The notes below the pieces were generated by a model, which ran no database searches, was not told where the DNA came from, and saw nothing but the letters and a program-made list of their open reading frames with translations. A stretch of 64,000 nt of DNA, taken from IMG/VR virus record IMGVR_UViG_3300047157_000186; one strand, written 5' to 3'. Every line of letters starts with the position of its first letter. Position 1 is the stretch's first letter. The position numbers were made by a program, and so were the translations under genes. Below are positions 36,228-45,633 of this stretch, one piece after another. Origin of the DNA: a virus (lineage: Duplodnaviria > Caudoviricetes).

Positions 36228-36683
36228 ATGAAATACATAAAACTATTCGAAGAGTTTACAGCAAACAAGGTATCTTGTGATAACTGTGGTTGGTCTTGGG
36301 AAATAGAAGACGGTGGACACGATGTGTTTATTTGTCATAAATGTAATCATGATAATACACCTATTTTAGGAGAACAATTTATCTTACAGGAATTAGAAGA
36401 TCAATTCAATATAGAATTAGATTTATATGATAACGGTAAATACTTACAACTTAGTAAAATAAAAATACAAAAAGAGGACCGAAATAAAGGAATCGGTTCT
36501 AAGGTTATGTCAAGAATTACTGACTATGCCGACACACAAAATTTAAAAATATATCTAACACCTTCTAAAGATTTTGGAGCAACTTCTATTTCTAGATTAA
36601 ATAAGTTTTATAAAAACTTTGATTTTGTCAAGAATACAGATAAAAGCCAAACTAAAGATACTATGGTTAGATTACCAAAATAA
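36228..36683 (+). CDS. Zn-ribbon plus GNAT acetyltransferase with N-terminal leader
   Basis: MKYIKLFEEF; CDNC...CHKC; IKIQKEDRNKGIGSKVM (acetyl-CoA motif A) and LNKFYKNFDF. Confidence 0.75.
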   Translation: MKYIKLFEEFTANKVSCDNCGWSWEIEDGGHDVFICHKCNHDNTPILGEQFILQELEDQFNIELDLYDNGKYLQLSKIKIQKEDRNKGIGSKVMSRITDYADTQNLKIYLTPSKDFGATSISRLNKFYKNFDFVKNTDKSQTKDTMVRLPK

Positions 36684-36693
36684 TAAAAACAAC

Positions 36694-39654
36694 ATGAGCA
36701 ATTTTAACGATTTCCTAGGAATGCAAGCCGCAAAACTAAACATGACAAGAGAAGAGTATACTGCATACTATTTGTCAGAAGCAAAACCTGGTCCAAAACC
36801 ATATCACAGAGGATTAGATGACGATGAGATTGAAGATAAAAAAGATCAGATAAAAAAACAATCAGACATGGATGACGATGATTCTAGTGCATATAAAGAA
36901 ATGCCAGGTGATAAAGAAGCTAGAGAAAAAGGTGAAGTTAAAACATCTAAGCATGTAAAGAAATATCATGAATTATATGGTGATAAAAAAGATGAGTCAG
37001 TGGATGAAGCAACATTCAGACCAAACTCAGGTACTATGAGTGGAGGTACATATACTTTAGATAATAGAAAATATAAATTAAAAAAAGATATTGAAGGTGT
37101 TCAAATTGGTAATTATACAAATATAGTGTTACCAAAGGGAACTATTATATACAACATTCCGGGCGGTGTGTTTGCAGATCACCCTTCATTAAAAAGATAC
37201 GAGAACGGAAACAACAAATATTTTAACAAACCAACATTTAAGGGAATTTCTATTATAAGAAAAGAGGAAACTATCTTTTCAATAGATAAAAATTCAAAGA
37301 TATTAGAATCAGTAGTTACTGAAGCTAAAGCATATAAGTTAAAAGCTTCTGAATTCGGTGGAGATACACACTCAGCACCGTACAACGTAAAGGGCGAACC
37401 TACATGGAGAGTTCATAGTACTTATGCTATTGATCAAGTATCTGGAGAAAATGATGCAAGTGAAAGAGACGTAGTTTTCTTTGAAGCAATGCCTATTAAT
37501 AATGACATATACATTAAGATTGGTGGAATCAATAACCTTAAAAGAACTAATGGTTCTACATACGGTAATAACTTTGGCACTACTATTGAAGAATGGAAAA
37601 AGGATCCAAAGAGAATTGCAAAAGAAGCTTCCGAGTTTCTTACTGATGCAACGCATCTTAAATGGATAAACAAAAAAGCAAGAAGTCAGGGTCAAACAAT
37701 TAAATGGGCTTTGAAGGACGATTACTCTAGTGTGATTGTAGATCTAGTTAATAAATCATTAGGTCTTACTGAATCTCAAGTTAATGAGTTTTATTTTGAG
37801 AAAGATGAAGAAGAAAGATTACAAAAATTTGTAGATCAACTTTCTTTTGGAGATGAACTAGAATACAGAGATGGTTTTTCTACAGGTCGTGGAAGCTTTC
37901 CAAATACAAGACAACTTAAAAATGAATTAGATTCTAATTTTCAATTATTACTAACTCAAAAATCAGGTAGAAATTGGGATCTTTATGTTGGTAGTGATGA
38001 TTTAGTTTTTCTTATACAGCCAGATTTAGGTGCAAAGAATTATATGCAAGTTTCAATAAGTAGTACTAAAGAACAATGGAACGATGAGTCTAGTGTTTTT
38101 GCTAGATCCAATGGATATTCAGTATATGAATCAGTAGTTAACGAAAGAGCTAAACACACATCAACTGATTTTTCTAAACCAGGTAATGATGGTGATATTT
38201 ACTTTTCAAAAAGAGAAGGTGATGCCGTCGGCGTTAGATTAGGAGATAAATTACAAATGATTTATGTTTTTCAAGAAGAACCTAAATTAGGAAGAATTCA
38301 AAAAACTGATAAACGTTGGGAAAACATGGGTCCAGCTTCTGAAGAACTTTTAATTGATTTAAGAGGTAGAGAAGAAGGTAAAATATTATTTGACTTTGTT
38401 TCAACTCTTGAAGAATCAGTAGTTAATGAAGAAAAGATTAAATATGCTAAAGGAAAAACATATCAATCTTCTGGTCATTGGACTGTACAAGTTGATAGTA
38501 ATTCAAGTATGTGTGATATTAGAGTAAATCATTCAGCTGGTTGGAGATTAGATCCACATGATGATAGAGAAGAAACTTGGGAATTATTAGATAATGGAAG
38601 ACAAAGAGCTACAATATATTTTAAATCTGGTAATATTGATAAGTTTGCTAAACAGATGTTTGATCTTAATGATAGAACAACTTGGGGTAATAAAACAAAA
38701 TTAACTGCTAAAGATTATGCAGATATTATTAGAGTTTGGATCGATATGAAAATGGCTAATGAAGGTAATTATAACTTAGAAGATATTTATGATTTAATAG
38801 CACATCACAGATTTGATAAAGATTATAAAAAACTTTCTTCTAAAGACAGAGAGTGGATAGAGAATGATGCTGAAGAAAGAGGATTCGTAGAATCTTTATC
38901 ACCCAGATTTTTTAATTCTTTATTAGTAAAGTTAAACGAAGATTTAATTACAGAAAGTAAAGTGCCTAATTTTAAATTCGGTATGAAAAAACAATATGAC
39001 GCTGATGATATTAATCAAATGTATGGTTTTTGGGGAACTCTAGATGTTCATATGGACACTTATGAAATTGAAGAAATATGGAACGATGTATGGGGAATAT
39101 TGACAAGGGGTTGGAAGTTCTCAGATGCTGGAGCGCTATATTATCTAAACGCAAAAGCTGGTAGATGGTTAGCAGATAAAGTATGGAACGATATTAATTC
39201 TCAGATTTCTCAACCAGATGCCATTGATATGATTTTATCTGATTATGCTAGACCATCTAAATGGAAGGCATGGTCAAAAGAATATAATACATTTGCTCAG
39301 GAAGAATTGGCAGAATGTGTTATTCTAGAAAAGGCTGAAGGCGATAGAGGTCCAATCAGTGATCCTAAAATTGAAAAAGCACTTAAGACAAAATCAGAAG
39401 AAACTGGTGTGCCAATTGGTATCATTAGAATTATTATGAGAAGAGGAATGGCAGCATGGAAAACTGGTCATAGACCTGGTGCAACTGAACAACAATGGGG
39501 ATATGCTCGAGTAAATGCATTTTTAACAAAAGGTAAAGGAACTTGGGGAGATGCTGATAAAGATGTCGCTAAAGAAGTTAGAGATGAAGGTCATGATGAC
39601 GGGTTAAAGGAACAGAATTACTTTGATCAATCACACAGAAAACAAAATATATAA
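36694..39654 (+). CDS. modular ~990-aa putative head-cargo polyprotein
   Basis: Unrelated-looking modules joined by ESVDEA/ESVVTEA/ESQVNE/ESVVNE/LNE-type linkers; ATG 36694 preferred over 36619. Confidence 0.7.
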   Translation: MSNFNDFLGMQAAKLNMTREEYTAYYLSEAKPGPKPYHRGLDDDEIEDKKDQIKKQSDMDDDDSSAYKEMPGDKEAREKGEVKTSKHVKKYHELYGDKKDESVDEATFRPNSGTMSGGTYTLDNRKYKLKKDIEGVQIGNYTNIVLPKGTIIYNIPGGVFADHPSLKRYENGNNKYFNKPTFKGISIIRKEETIFSIDKNSKILESVVTEAKAYKLKASEFGGDTHSAPYNVKGEPTWRVHSTYAIDQVSGENDASERDVVFFEAMPINNDIYIKIGGINNLKRTNGSTYGNNFGTTIEEWKKDPKRIAKEASEFLTDATHLKWINKKARSQGQTIKWALKDDYSSVIVDLVNKSLGLTESQVNEFYFEKDEEERLQKFVDQLSFGDELEYRDGFSTGRGSFPNTRQLKNELDSNFQLLLTQKSGRNWDLYVGSDDLVFLIQPDLGAKNYMQVSISSTKEQWNDESSVFARSNGYSVYESVVNERAKHTSTDFSKPGNDGDIYFSKREGDAVGVRLGDKLQMIYVFQEEPKLGRIQKTDKRWENMGPASEELLIDLRGREEGKILFDFVSTLEESVVNEEKIKYAKGKTYQSSGHWTVQVDSNSSMCDIRVNHSAGWRLDPHDDREETWELLDNGRQRATIYFKSGNIDKFAKQMFDLNDRTTWGNKTKLTAKDYADIIRVWIDMKMANEGNYNLEDIYDLIAHHRFDKDYKKLSSKDREWIENDAEERGFVESLSPRFFNSLLVKLNEDLITESKVPNFKFGMKKQYDADDINQMYGFWGTLDVHMDTYEIEEIWNDVWGILTRGWKFSDAGALYYLNAKAGRWLADKVWNDINSQISQPDAIDMILSDYARPSKWKAWSKEYNTFAQEELAECVILEKAEGDRGPISDPKIEKALKTKSEETGVPIGIIRIIMRRGMAAWKTGHRPGATEQQWGYARVNAFLTKGKGTWGDADKDVAKEVRDEGHDDGLKEQNYFDQSHRKQNI

Positions 39655-39657
39655 TAC

Positions 39658-40344
39658 ATGAAGTATATTAAATTGTTTTTAGAATCTGAAGTCAGAGATG
39701 ACGATACTTACAGCGATTATCCAGAAGCGGCAAAGAAAAATGCTCAAATGGCAATCGATTGGAAAGAAAAGTATGGTCGCGAAGAAGTGGACGCTGGAAC
39801 TGCAGTTGGTTGGGCAAGAGCACATCAATTAGCTAAAGGTGAAAACATATCTGGAGATACAGTAAAACGTATGGCTTCATTTAATAGACATAGAAAAAAT
39901 TCATCTATTAAACCTGAATTAAAAGAAACTCCATGGAAAGATAAAGGTTATGTTTCTTGGTTAATATGGGGTGGAGATGAAGGAGTTGATTGGGCAATGG
40001 AACTATCTAAAAAGATGAGTAAAGTTGAAGAAATGGTTAGTGTTTTATCTTTAGATCAATTTATTCTAGAGAAAAAGAAAAGTAAACCAAAAACAGATAA
40101 AGAAAAAATAAAAGATCTTTCTAAAAAACAAAAGAGTTTATCTAAGAAAAACAAAGATTTTATTGAGAAAATAAATAAGATGTCTAAAGATAAATCAAAA
40201 GAACCAGCTGATAAAATAGAAACGGCATTGTTAAAATCACAAATGCAACAAACTTCTGTTGATGGCATGAAAATAGCTGTTCAAAAAAACCAATTAGCTT
40301 TGAAAGCAAAGCTAAAGACGATTAAAAAAAGATCAAAGGCATAA
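39658..40344 (+). CDS. putative virion head-associated protein, two modules
   Basis: MKYIKLFLESE leader; YSDYPEAAKKNA...GWARAHQLA...WLIWGG domain; internal SLDQFILEK before a Lys-rich helical part. Confidence 0.6.
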   Translation: MKYIKLFLESEVRDDDTYSDYPEAAKKNAQMAIDWKEKYGREEVDAGTAVGWARAHQLAKGENISGDTVKRMASFNRHRKNSSIKPELKETPWKDKGYVSWLIWGGDEGVDWAMELSKKMSKVEEMVSVLSLDQFILEKKKSKPKTDKEKIKDLSKKQKSLSKKNKDFIEKINKMSKDKSKEPADKIETALLKSQMQQTSVDGMKIAVQKNQLALKAKLKTIKKRSKA

Positions 40345-40348
40345 TAAT

Positions 40349-40831
40349 ATGAAATATATTAAATTATTTGAATCATTTGTAAATGATAAAGAGATCAAGG
40401 ACTGGGAAAAAGATAACGGTAAACTACCGATTCCCAAGAAGATCATAGAGATATCTAAGGATATGGCAAAGGAAGGTTTTATTAGAAAAGATACTAAGGC
40501 GGTTCAAGCTAAATTATGGATTGGATTAGAAGGAATTTCATGGATAGAAATGAAGCAAAAGTTTGGAGATATAGTAGGTAAATTTTATGGTGGAGAATTC
40601 TATAATGCTATGACAAACCCTATGGCAGAAAAATCAGCCTATTATGCATATGAAGTTTCGAAGCATGTTAGTGATATGGTTGCTAATGAAGAATCAGTAG
40701 AACCTGCTTACTATCTAATGAAAAATTATTTTAATTCATTTGGATTAAATATTAACAGAAATAAACTTTTCGACAGAGCAGAAAGAGAACTAGATGCATG
40801 GATGAAAAACAACAAAATAGAAACGTTATAA
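40349..40831 (+). CDS. hypothetical protein with MKYIKLFESF leader
   Basis: Shared N-terminal motif. Confidence 0.7.
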   Translation: MKYIKLFESFVNDKEIKDWEKDNGKLPIPKKIIEISKDMAKEGFIRKDTKAVQAKLWIGLEGISWIEMKQKFGDIVGKFYGGEFYNAMTNPMAEKSAYYAYEVSKHVSDMVANEESVEPAYYLMKNYFNSFGLNINRNKLFDRAERELDAWMKNNKIETL

Positions 40832-40867
40832 TATATTAAGATATATAATAAAAATCAACAACACAAC

Positions 40868-41563
40868 ATGGACAAAAAAATATTATCATTCGAAGAGTAT
40901 GCTGCTAATAAAAATCTAGCAAATACTGACAAATTGGCTGAAGACGAAATCGAAATCAAAGTAGACGGAGAGTATGAAATCGAAGTAGAAAAAGAAGACG
41001 AAGACGAAAAAGAAGCGGAAACTGAAGAAACTGAAGAAAAAGTTGAAGAGGCTGAAGAGGTTGATGAAGATTTTGAAAAAAAATTCAATTCGGCAATGGA
41101 TTCTGTGGATGATGTTCGTACAGAAATTGAAATGACATTAGAAGACACACCTCAGTTAAAATCATTCTATACAGTAGATGCCCAATTAGATAAAGCACTA
41201 GGAAGTTATAGAAAAAAAATTAAGCGTATATTAAGTGCAGTTTCGGAATCAACTAATGAAGCAGAAGAAACTGAAGAGGTTGCAAAAGCGGTTTCAGAAA
41301 TGATGACAGAGGCATATGAATCTGCCGTCAAAGAAGCATGTGAATATGACAAAGATGACTATCCTGACCACACTGTAGAATCATACCTTAAAGAAAACGC
41401 AACATTAGCTGCAACATTAGTTGCTCAATCAGCAGAAGATGCGAACGCTGAGATACATGGAGAAGGACTTACTAAAGAAATGTACGAAGCATGTCTAAAC
41501 GGTATTAAAGAAGCTTATAATAAAAAGATTGATGAGCTTAAAGAAATGTACGAAGCAAAATAA
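40868..41563 (+). CDS. very acidic helical protein, possible scaffold/core component
   Basis: Glu/Asp-rich; MDKKILSFEEY leader; internal ESTNEA; GATATATA at 40840-40847. Confidence 0.55.
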   Translation: MDKKILSFEEYAANKNLANTDKLAEDEIEIKVDGEYEIEVEKEDEDEKEAETEETEEKVEEAEEVDEDFEKKFNSAMDSVDDVRTEIEMTLEDTPQLKSFYTVDAQLDKALGSYRKKIKRILSAVSESTNEAEETEEVAKAVSEMMTEAYESAVKEACEYDKDDYPDHTVESYLKENATLAATLVAQSAEDANAEIHGEGLTKEMYEACLNGIKEAYNKKIDELKEMYEAK

Positions 41564-41610
41564 TCCAAGTATCATCGGATTAAACTTTTTAAAGGGTTCA
41601 TGTATAATAC

Positions 41611-42144
41611 ATGGACCCTTTTTATTTAAGAGACAATATGCCTAGAATTCCAGTAGAATTAATATACATGCAAATGGCTTACCAAATAGCCAAATTATCT
41701 TACGCTAAACGTAGACGCGTTGGATGTATTATTGTAAAAGATACTCAGATTATATCAACGGGTTACAATGGTACGCCATATGACTTTGATAATGACTGTG
41801 AAGAGGAACAAATCAGATATGTAGACAATCCTGATCATATGCAAATTCTAATAGAGAAGGGATATGAATGTGAAGGTGTTTGTTGTTCTAAAGAGGTAAC
41901 TAAACGAGAAGTATTGCATGCAGAATCAAATGCGTTGGCAAAAATCAGTAAATCTACACTTTCTTCTGAGGGTGCAGATATGTACGTGACCACATGTCCA
42001 TGCTTTGACTGCGCAAAATTAATTATTCAATCAGGTATTAAGCGAGTATTTTATTCAGAAGACTATAGAGATATGGGCGGAGTAGAATTATTAAAGAAAG
42101 CTGGTATCGAAGTAAATGAAGTTATATGTTGGAACGATCTATAG
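41611..42144 (+). CDS. dCMP deaminase
   Basis: VGCIIVKD, GYNGTP, LHAESNAL, TTCPCFDCAK. Confidence 0.95.
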   Translation: MDPFYLRDNMPRIPVELIYMQMAYQIAKLSYAKRRRVGCIIVKDTQIISTGYNGTPYDFDNDCEEEQIRYVDNPDHMQILIEKGYECEGVCCSKEVTKREVLHAESNALAKISKSTLSSEGADMYVTTCPCFDCAKLIIQSGIKRVFYSEDYRDMGGVELLKKAGIEVNEVICWNDL

Positions 42145-43856
42145 ATCAAATTATTCAAAAAACATTAGACGAAAATGTATTTGGAGAATCTTTTACATTT
42201 AGAAAAGGACAAAGAGAAATTGTTACTAAGATATGTGAAACATATTTAGAGGATCCAAAATCAACATTAGTCATTGATGCACCCACTGGTGCTGGTAAAT
42301 CACTTATAGCTATGTGGTCAGCACATGTATTAAAAGAACTTGGTAATAGAGGCTATATGGTAACTAGTGACCTGAGTCTCCAGGATCAATATGAGTCTGA
42401 CTTTTATAAATATGGATTACGATGGCCATCAATTAAGGGAGTTGATAATTATGAATGTTCTGTTAATGGTCTGCCATTTTCCCTCGGAGATTGTAAACTA
42501 AAAGGAATGGGATATGAACAAGCAGAATCTTTATCATGTTATGGATCATGTGAATATCTTCAAAATAGACGAAGAGCGATAGATCAACCTATCTCTTTAT
42601 TAAATTATTCTTTTTGGTTAATTCAAAGAAATTATGTTGAGGCCAAAATGGAACAAGAAGAAAGAACAGTGCCATTTGAACAACGTGATTTTGTTTTCTT
42701 TGACGAAGCACATAGAGTTGACGATATAGTTCAAAGTCATTTTAGCCCTAGAATAGATCAAACTATTGTAGACAAAATGGTAACTTTAAATAGATTTGCA
42801 AGTAAGCAAGGATTTCAAGAAGCCACATATACAAAAAATAAAATACAACATCTTGTAAATGAAATGATGTCAGGTGACAAACATGATGTGTTTTCGGCTA
42901 TGAGTGAATTTGAAAGAATATTGCACGGTTTTGGTAAAGTCAGAAAGATTGCTAATAAATTAGCTAAAAGAAGATACGGAAATACTGGAGTACCAAAAGA
43001 TTGGCAAACTTCATTTGGACATTTTGATAGACTTAAGGACGTTCATTGTAAAGTTGAAGATTATTTAAGTTTGATCAAAGAAGTTGGAATTGATAAAATG
43101 GTTTTAGATCAAAACGAACATGAAGCAAAATTCATGTGTGTAGAAGAAAGTTTAATGATTAATAAATATCTACATGAGAAGGCTGACTTTAAAGTTTTTA
43201 TGAGTGCAACTATTGGAGATCCTAAGGCATTTGTTAAGATAATGGGAATTAAGAACGCTAAGTTTATCAGAATGGACAATGTGTTTAATTATGATAAATC
43301 TCCTATTGTATTTGTTAATAGACATAAGCTTTCGTTTAGAGAAAGAGAAAAAAGTTTACCTAAAGTTGTAGAAATCTTAGATCAGATTATATCTAAACAT
43401 AAAGGTCAGCGTGGTGTTATACATACTGGATCTTATGCATTTACTAATTTTATAAAACAAAATTCTAAACATACATTTAGACTTATGGATTATGAAAACT
43501 CCAAAGAGAAATCGGTAATGTTAGATTTGTTTAAAAAGAAAGAAGGTGCTGTATTGATGGGACCTTCGTTATTAGAAGGTTTAGATTTAAAGGATGATAT
43601 AAGTAGATTTCAAATATTCTTTAAAGTTCCATACCCATCATTAGGTGATCCTTTAATTAAAGCTAAAATGCAAACGTCAAATGAGTGGTACGATTGGAAA
43701 ACTGGAATTAGCATTATGCAAGGTGTTGGAAGATCTGTAAGAAATGAAAATGATTGGGCAGTGACTTATGTTTTAGATGCATGCTTCAGAAGTTTGATAT
43801 ATAAACCAGGATTCTTCCCTCCAAGTTTCACAGAGAGGGTTAAGACTATAAAATAA
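42126..43856 (+). CDS. DinG/YoaA-like SF2 helicase
   Basis: APTGAGKS, Cys cluster, LLNYS, FDEAH, FMSATI, KVPYP, QGVGRSVR...D.A...LD.CF. Confidence 0.9.
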   Translation: MLERSIDQIIQKTLDENVFGESFTFRKGQREIVTKICETYLEDPKSTLVIDAPTGAGKSLIAMWSAHVLKELGNRGYMVTSDLSLQDQYESDFYKYGLRWPSIKGVDNYECSVNGLPFSLGDCKLKGMGYEQAESLSCYGSCEYLQNRRRAIDQPISLLNYSFWLIQRNYVEAKMEQEERTVPFEQRDFVFFDEAHRVDDIVQSHFSPRIDQTIVDKMVTLNRFASKQGFQEATYTKNKIQHLVNEMMSGDKHDVFSAMSEFERILHGFGKVRKIANKLAKRRYGNTGVPKDWQTSFGHFDRLKDVHCKVEDYLSLIKEVGIDKMVLDQNEHEAKFMCVEESLMINKYLHEKADFKVFMSATIGDPKAFVKIMGIKNAKFIRMDNVFNYDKSPIVFVNRHKLSFREREKSLPKVVEILDQIISKHKGQRGVIHTGSYAFTNFIKQNSKHTFRLMDYENSKEKSVMLDLFKKKEGAVLMGPSLLEGLDLKDDISRFQIFFKVPYPSLGDPLIKAKMQTSNEWYDWKTGISIMQGVGRSVRNENDWAVTYVLDACFRSLIYKPGFFPPSFTERVKTIK

Positions 43857-43867
43857 AATCTATTATT

Positions 43868-44788
43868 ATGAAAAAACTACTTGCAATTATCTCGTTAATT
43901 ATGTTATCATCATGCGGAGCCAGTTGGCAATTGTCTACGCTTAACCATGATCCAATATATGAAGACGAAAATTATATAGTGGTTTCAGATGATGTTAAGA
44001 TAGACACATTAAGTGAATTTCAGTTTAGAAATAAATTAAGAACAGATATAGGTTTTAGATTGGACTTTGCACGATATGCTTTGAGTCAACCGAGATCGTT
44101 TGATTGGAATAATAGATTACTAGGAAGGCGATATGATTCTAGATGGAATAACTATTATTGGAGTTGGAATAGAGATCAGATGTGGAATGATTGGGCTTGG
44201 GGTTATACAGGCTGGAATTCTTGGGGCTCTCCTCATAGATGGTCACCATTTGGATATGATAGATGGGGCTATGGAGTCTACTATGGTTGGAATAATCACG
44301 GTTGGGGATATAACAACTGGATGGGCAATGTTCATTATGGAAATGGTTACTATAATAACTGGGGCTGGAACAATGGGTTCTATAGTAGATATAGAGGTAC
44401 TAACGTGCCATACTATAGAAATAGATCAAATACGGTACGTGTTAATGGTCGAAGAGGTTCAATTAGTAATGAAGTAGTTAATAATAGAAGAGTTAGAACT
44501 AATACCAGAGTCAATACTAACACTAATACTAGGACTAATACAAAACCTAGAGTATATCTAAATCAAAACACACCAGTTAATAACAATACAAAACCTAGGG
44601 TTATTAGAGAGAAGCCGAGAGTACCAGTTATTAGAAACAATAATACAAGACCTAGGAATAATACAAGGCCAGTAATTAGAAACAATAACACAAGACCTAC
44701 ATATAACAATAACACAAGACCCACGAATAATTCTAGACCAACTACGACAACTAGAAAAAGTGGATCTAATACTAGAAGAGGTAACTAA
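43868..44788 (+). CDS. predicted lipoprotein with Trp/Gly/Tyr/Asn-rich and Arg/Asn/Pro-rich low-complexity regions
   Basis: Signal peptide MKKLLAIISLIMLSS-C (lipobox), WG/YG-rich middle and repeated RNNNTRP tail. Confidence 0.75.
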   Translation: MKKLLAIISLIMLSSCGASWQLSTLNHDPIYEDENYIVVSDDVKIDTLSEFQFRNKLRTDIGFRLDFARYALSQPRSFDWNNRLLGRRYDSRWNNYYWSWNRDQMWNDWAWGYTGWNSWGSPHRWSPFGYDRWGYGVYYGWNNHGWGYNNWMGNVHYGNGYYNNWGWNNGFYSRYRGTNVPYYRNRSNTVRVNGRRGSISNEVVNNRRVRTNTRVNTNTNTRTNTKPRVYLNQNTPVNNNTKPRVIREKPRVPVIRNNNTRPRNNTRPVIRNNNTRPTYNNNTRPTNNSRPTTTTRKSGSNTRRGN

Positions 44789-44798
44789 AATAAAATAA

Positions 44799-45029
44799 AT
44801 GGGATTTAACAAATTATGGCTTCCTGAAGTAGAAAGCCTACAAGAACAACTAGAAAAATTAGGTGAAATAGAATTTGGTAAACATTGGCTGAGACGATTT
44901 CAAAAGTCTGATGCCACTATTGGATCAAACGAATCACATATATTTATTAAACCTTTTACAGATTTCGCATATAATGAATACAAACAAATATTTGTAAAAA
45001 ATGAAATGGATACAGATATTAATAAATAA
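44799..45029 (+). CDS. hypothetical protein
   Basis: Open ORF. Confidence 0.6.
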   Translation: MGFNKLWLPEVESLQEQLEKLGEIEFGKHWLRRFQKSDATIGSNESHIFIKPFTDFAYNEYKQIFVKNEMDTDINK

Positions 45030-45033
45030 AATC

Positions 45034-45633
45034 ATGAGTAAAAAAGAGACGAATCAATTTTATGTTTGGGTTAAATCAGAAAGATCAGGTGAAGTTGTAG
45101 AGATATCTGAAATTCAAACAGATAAACAGTGGTTAGAATTTACAGATGGTACTAGATGTAACATAAATGTTGTTACAGAATTTCTACTCCCGGCTTCTGA
45201 TATAGATCAAGCACATCAAATAGCAAAAGATTTTGGTGGAATTGTATCTGAAAACACAGAATCTGCAAGACCAGTAAGACCAAAAAGAGATGCAGAACCT
45301 GAAGCTGCAAGACCAGTAAGACCAAAAAGAGATGCAGAACCAGCAGCTGAGGTTAATGTAATGCAAGAGATGCTCAAAAAAATGAGTGCAAAAAACAAAG
45401 CTTCTATGCCTGTTAAAATTAATATTCCTTCTAAAGAAATATATGCATTGCTTAAAGATCAGATGGACATCACTAAAAAAGACTTGAATGGCCAAATTGG
45501 AGCGCTCGTAGAAGATCAGATAGATAACCTAAGAGAGCAGTTAAAAGAACAAATCGAATCATTTATTAATAATTATTATAATGGAAGAACAAACAACACA
45601 AGCACAAAAGACAGAGACGCAAGCGATTCCTAA
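45034..45633 (+). CDS. hypothetical protein with internal duplication
   Basis: ATG 45034 preferred; ARPVRPKRDAEP occurs twice. Confidence 0.7.
   Translation: MSKKETNQFYVWVKSERSGEVVEISEIQTDKQWLEFTDGTRCNINVVTEFLLPASDIDQAHQIAKDFGGIVSENTESARPVRPKRDAEPEAARPVRPKRDAEPAAEVNVMQEMLKKMSAKNKASMPVKINIPSKEIYALLKDQMDITKKDLNGQIGALVEDQIDNLREQLKEQIESFINNYYNGRTNNTSTKDRDASDS
45263..45341 (+). repeat. 37-bp direct repeat with 42-bp period
   Basis: CTGCAAGACCAGTAAGACCAAAAAGAGATGCAGAACC at 45263 and 45305. Confidence 0.9.
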
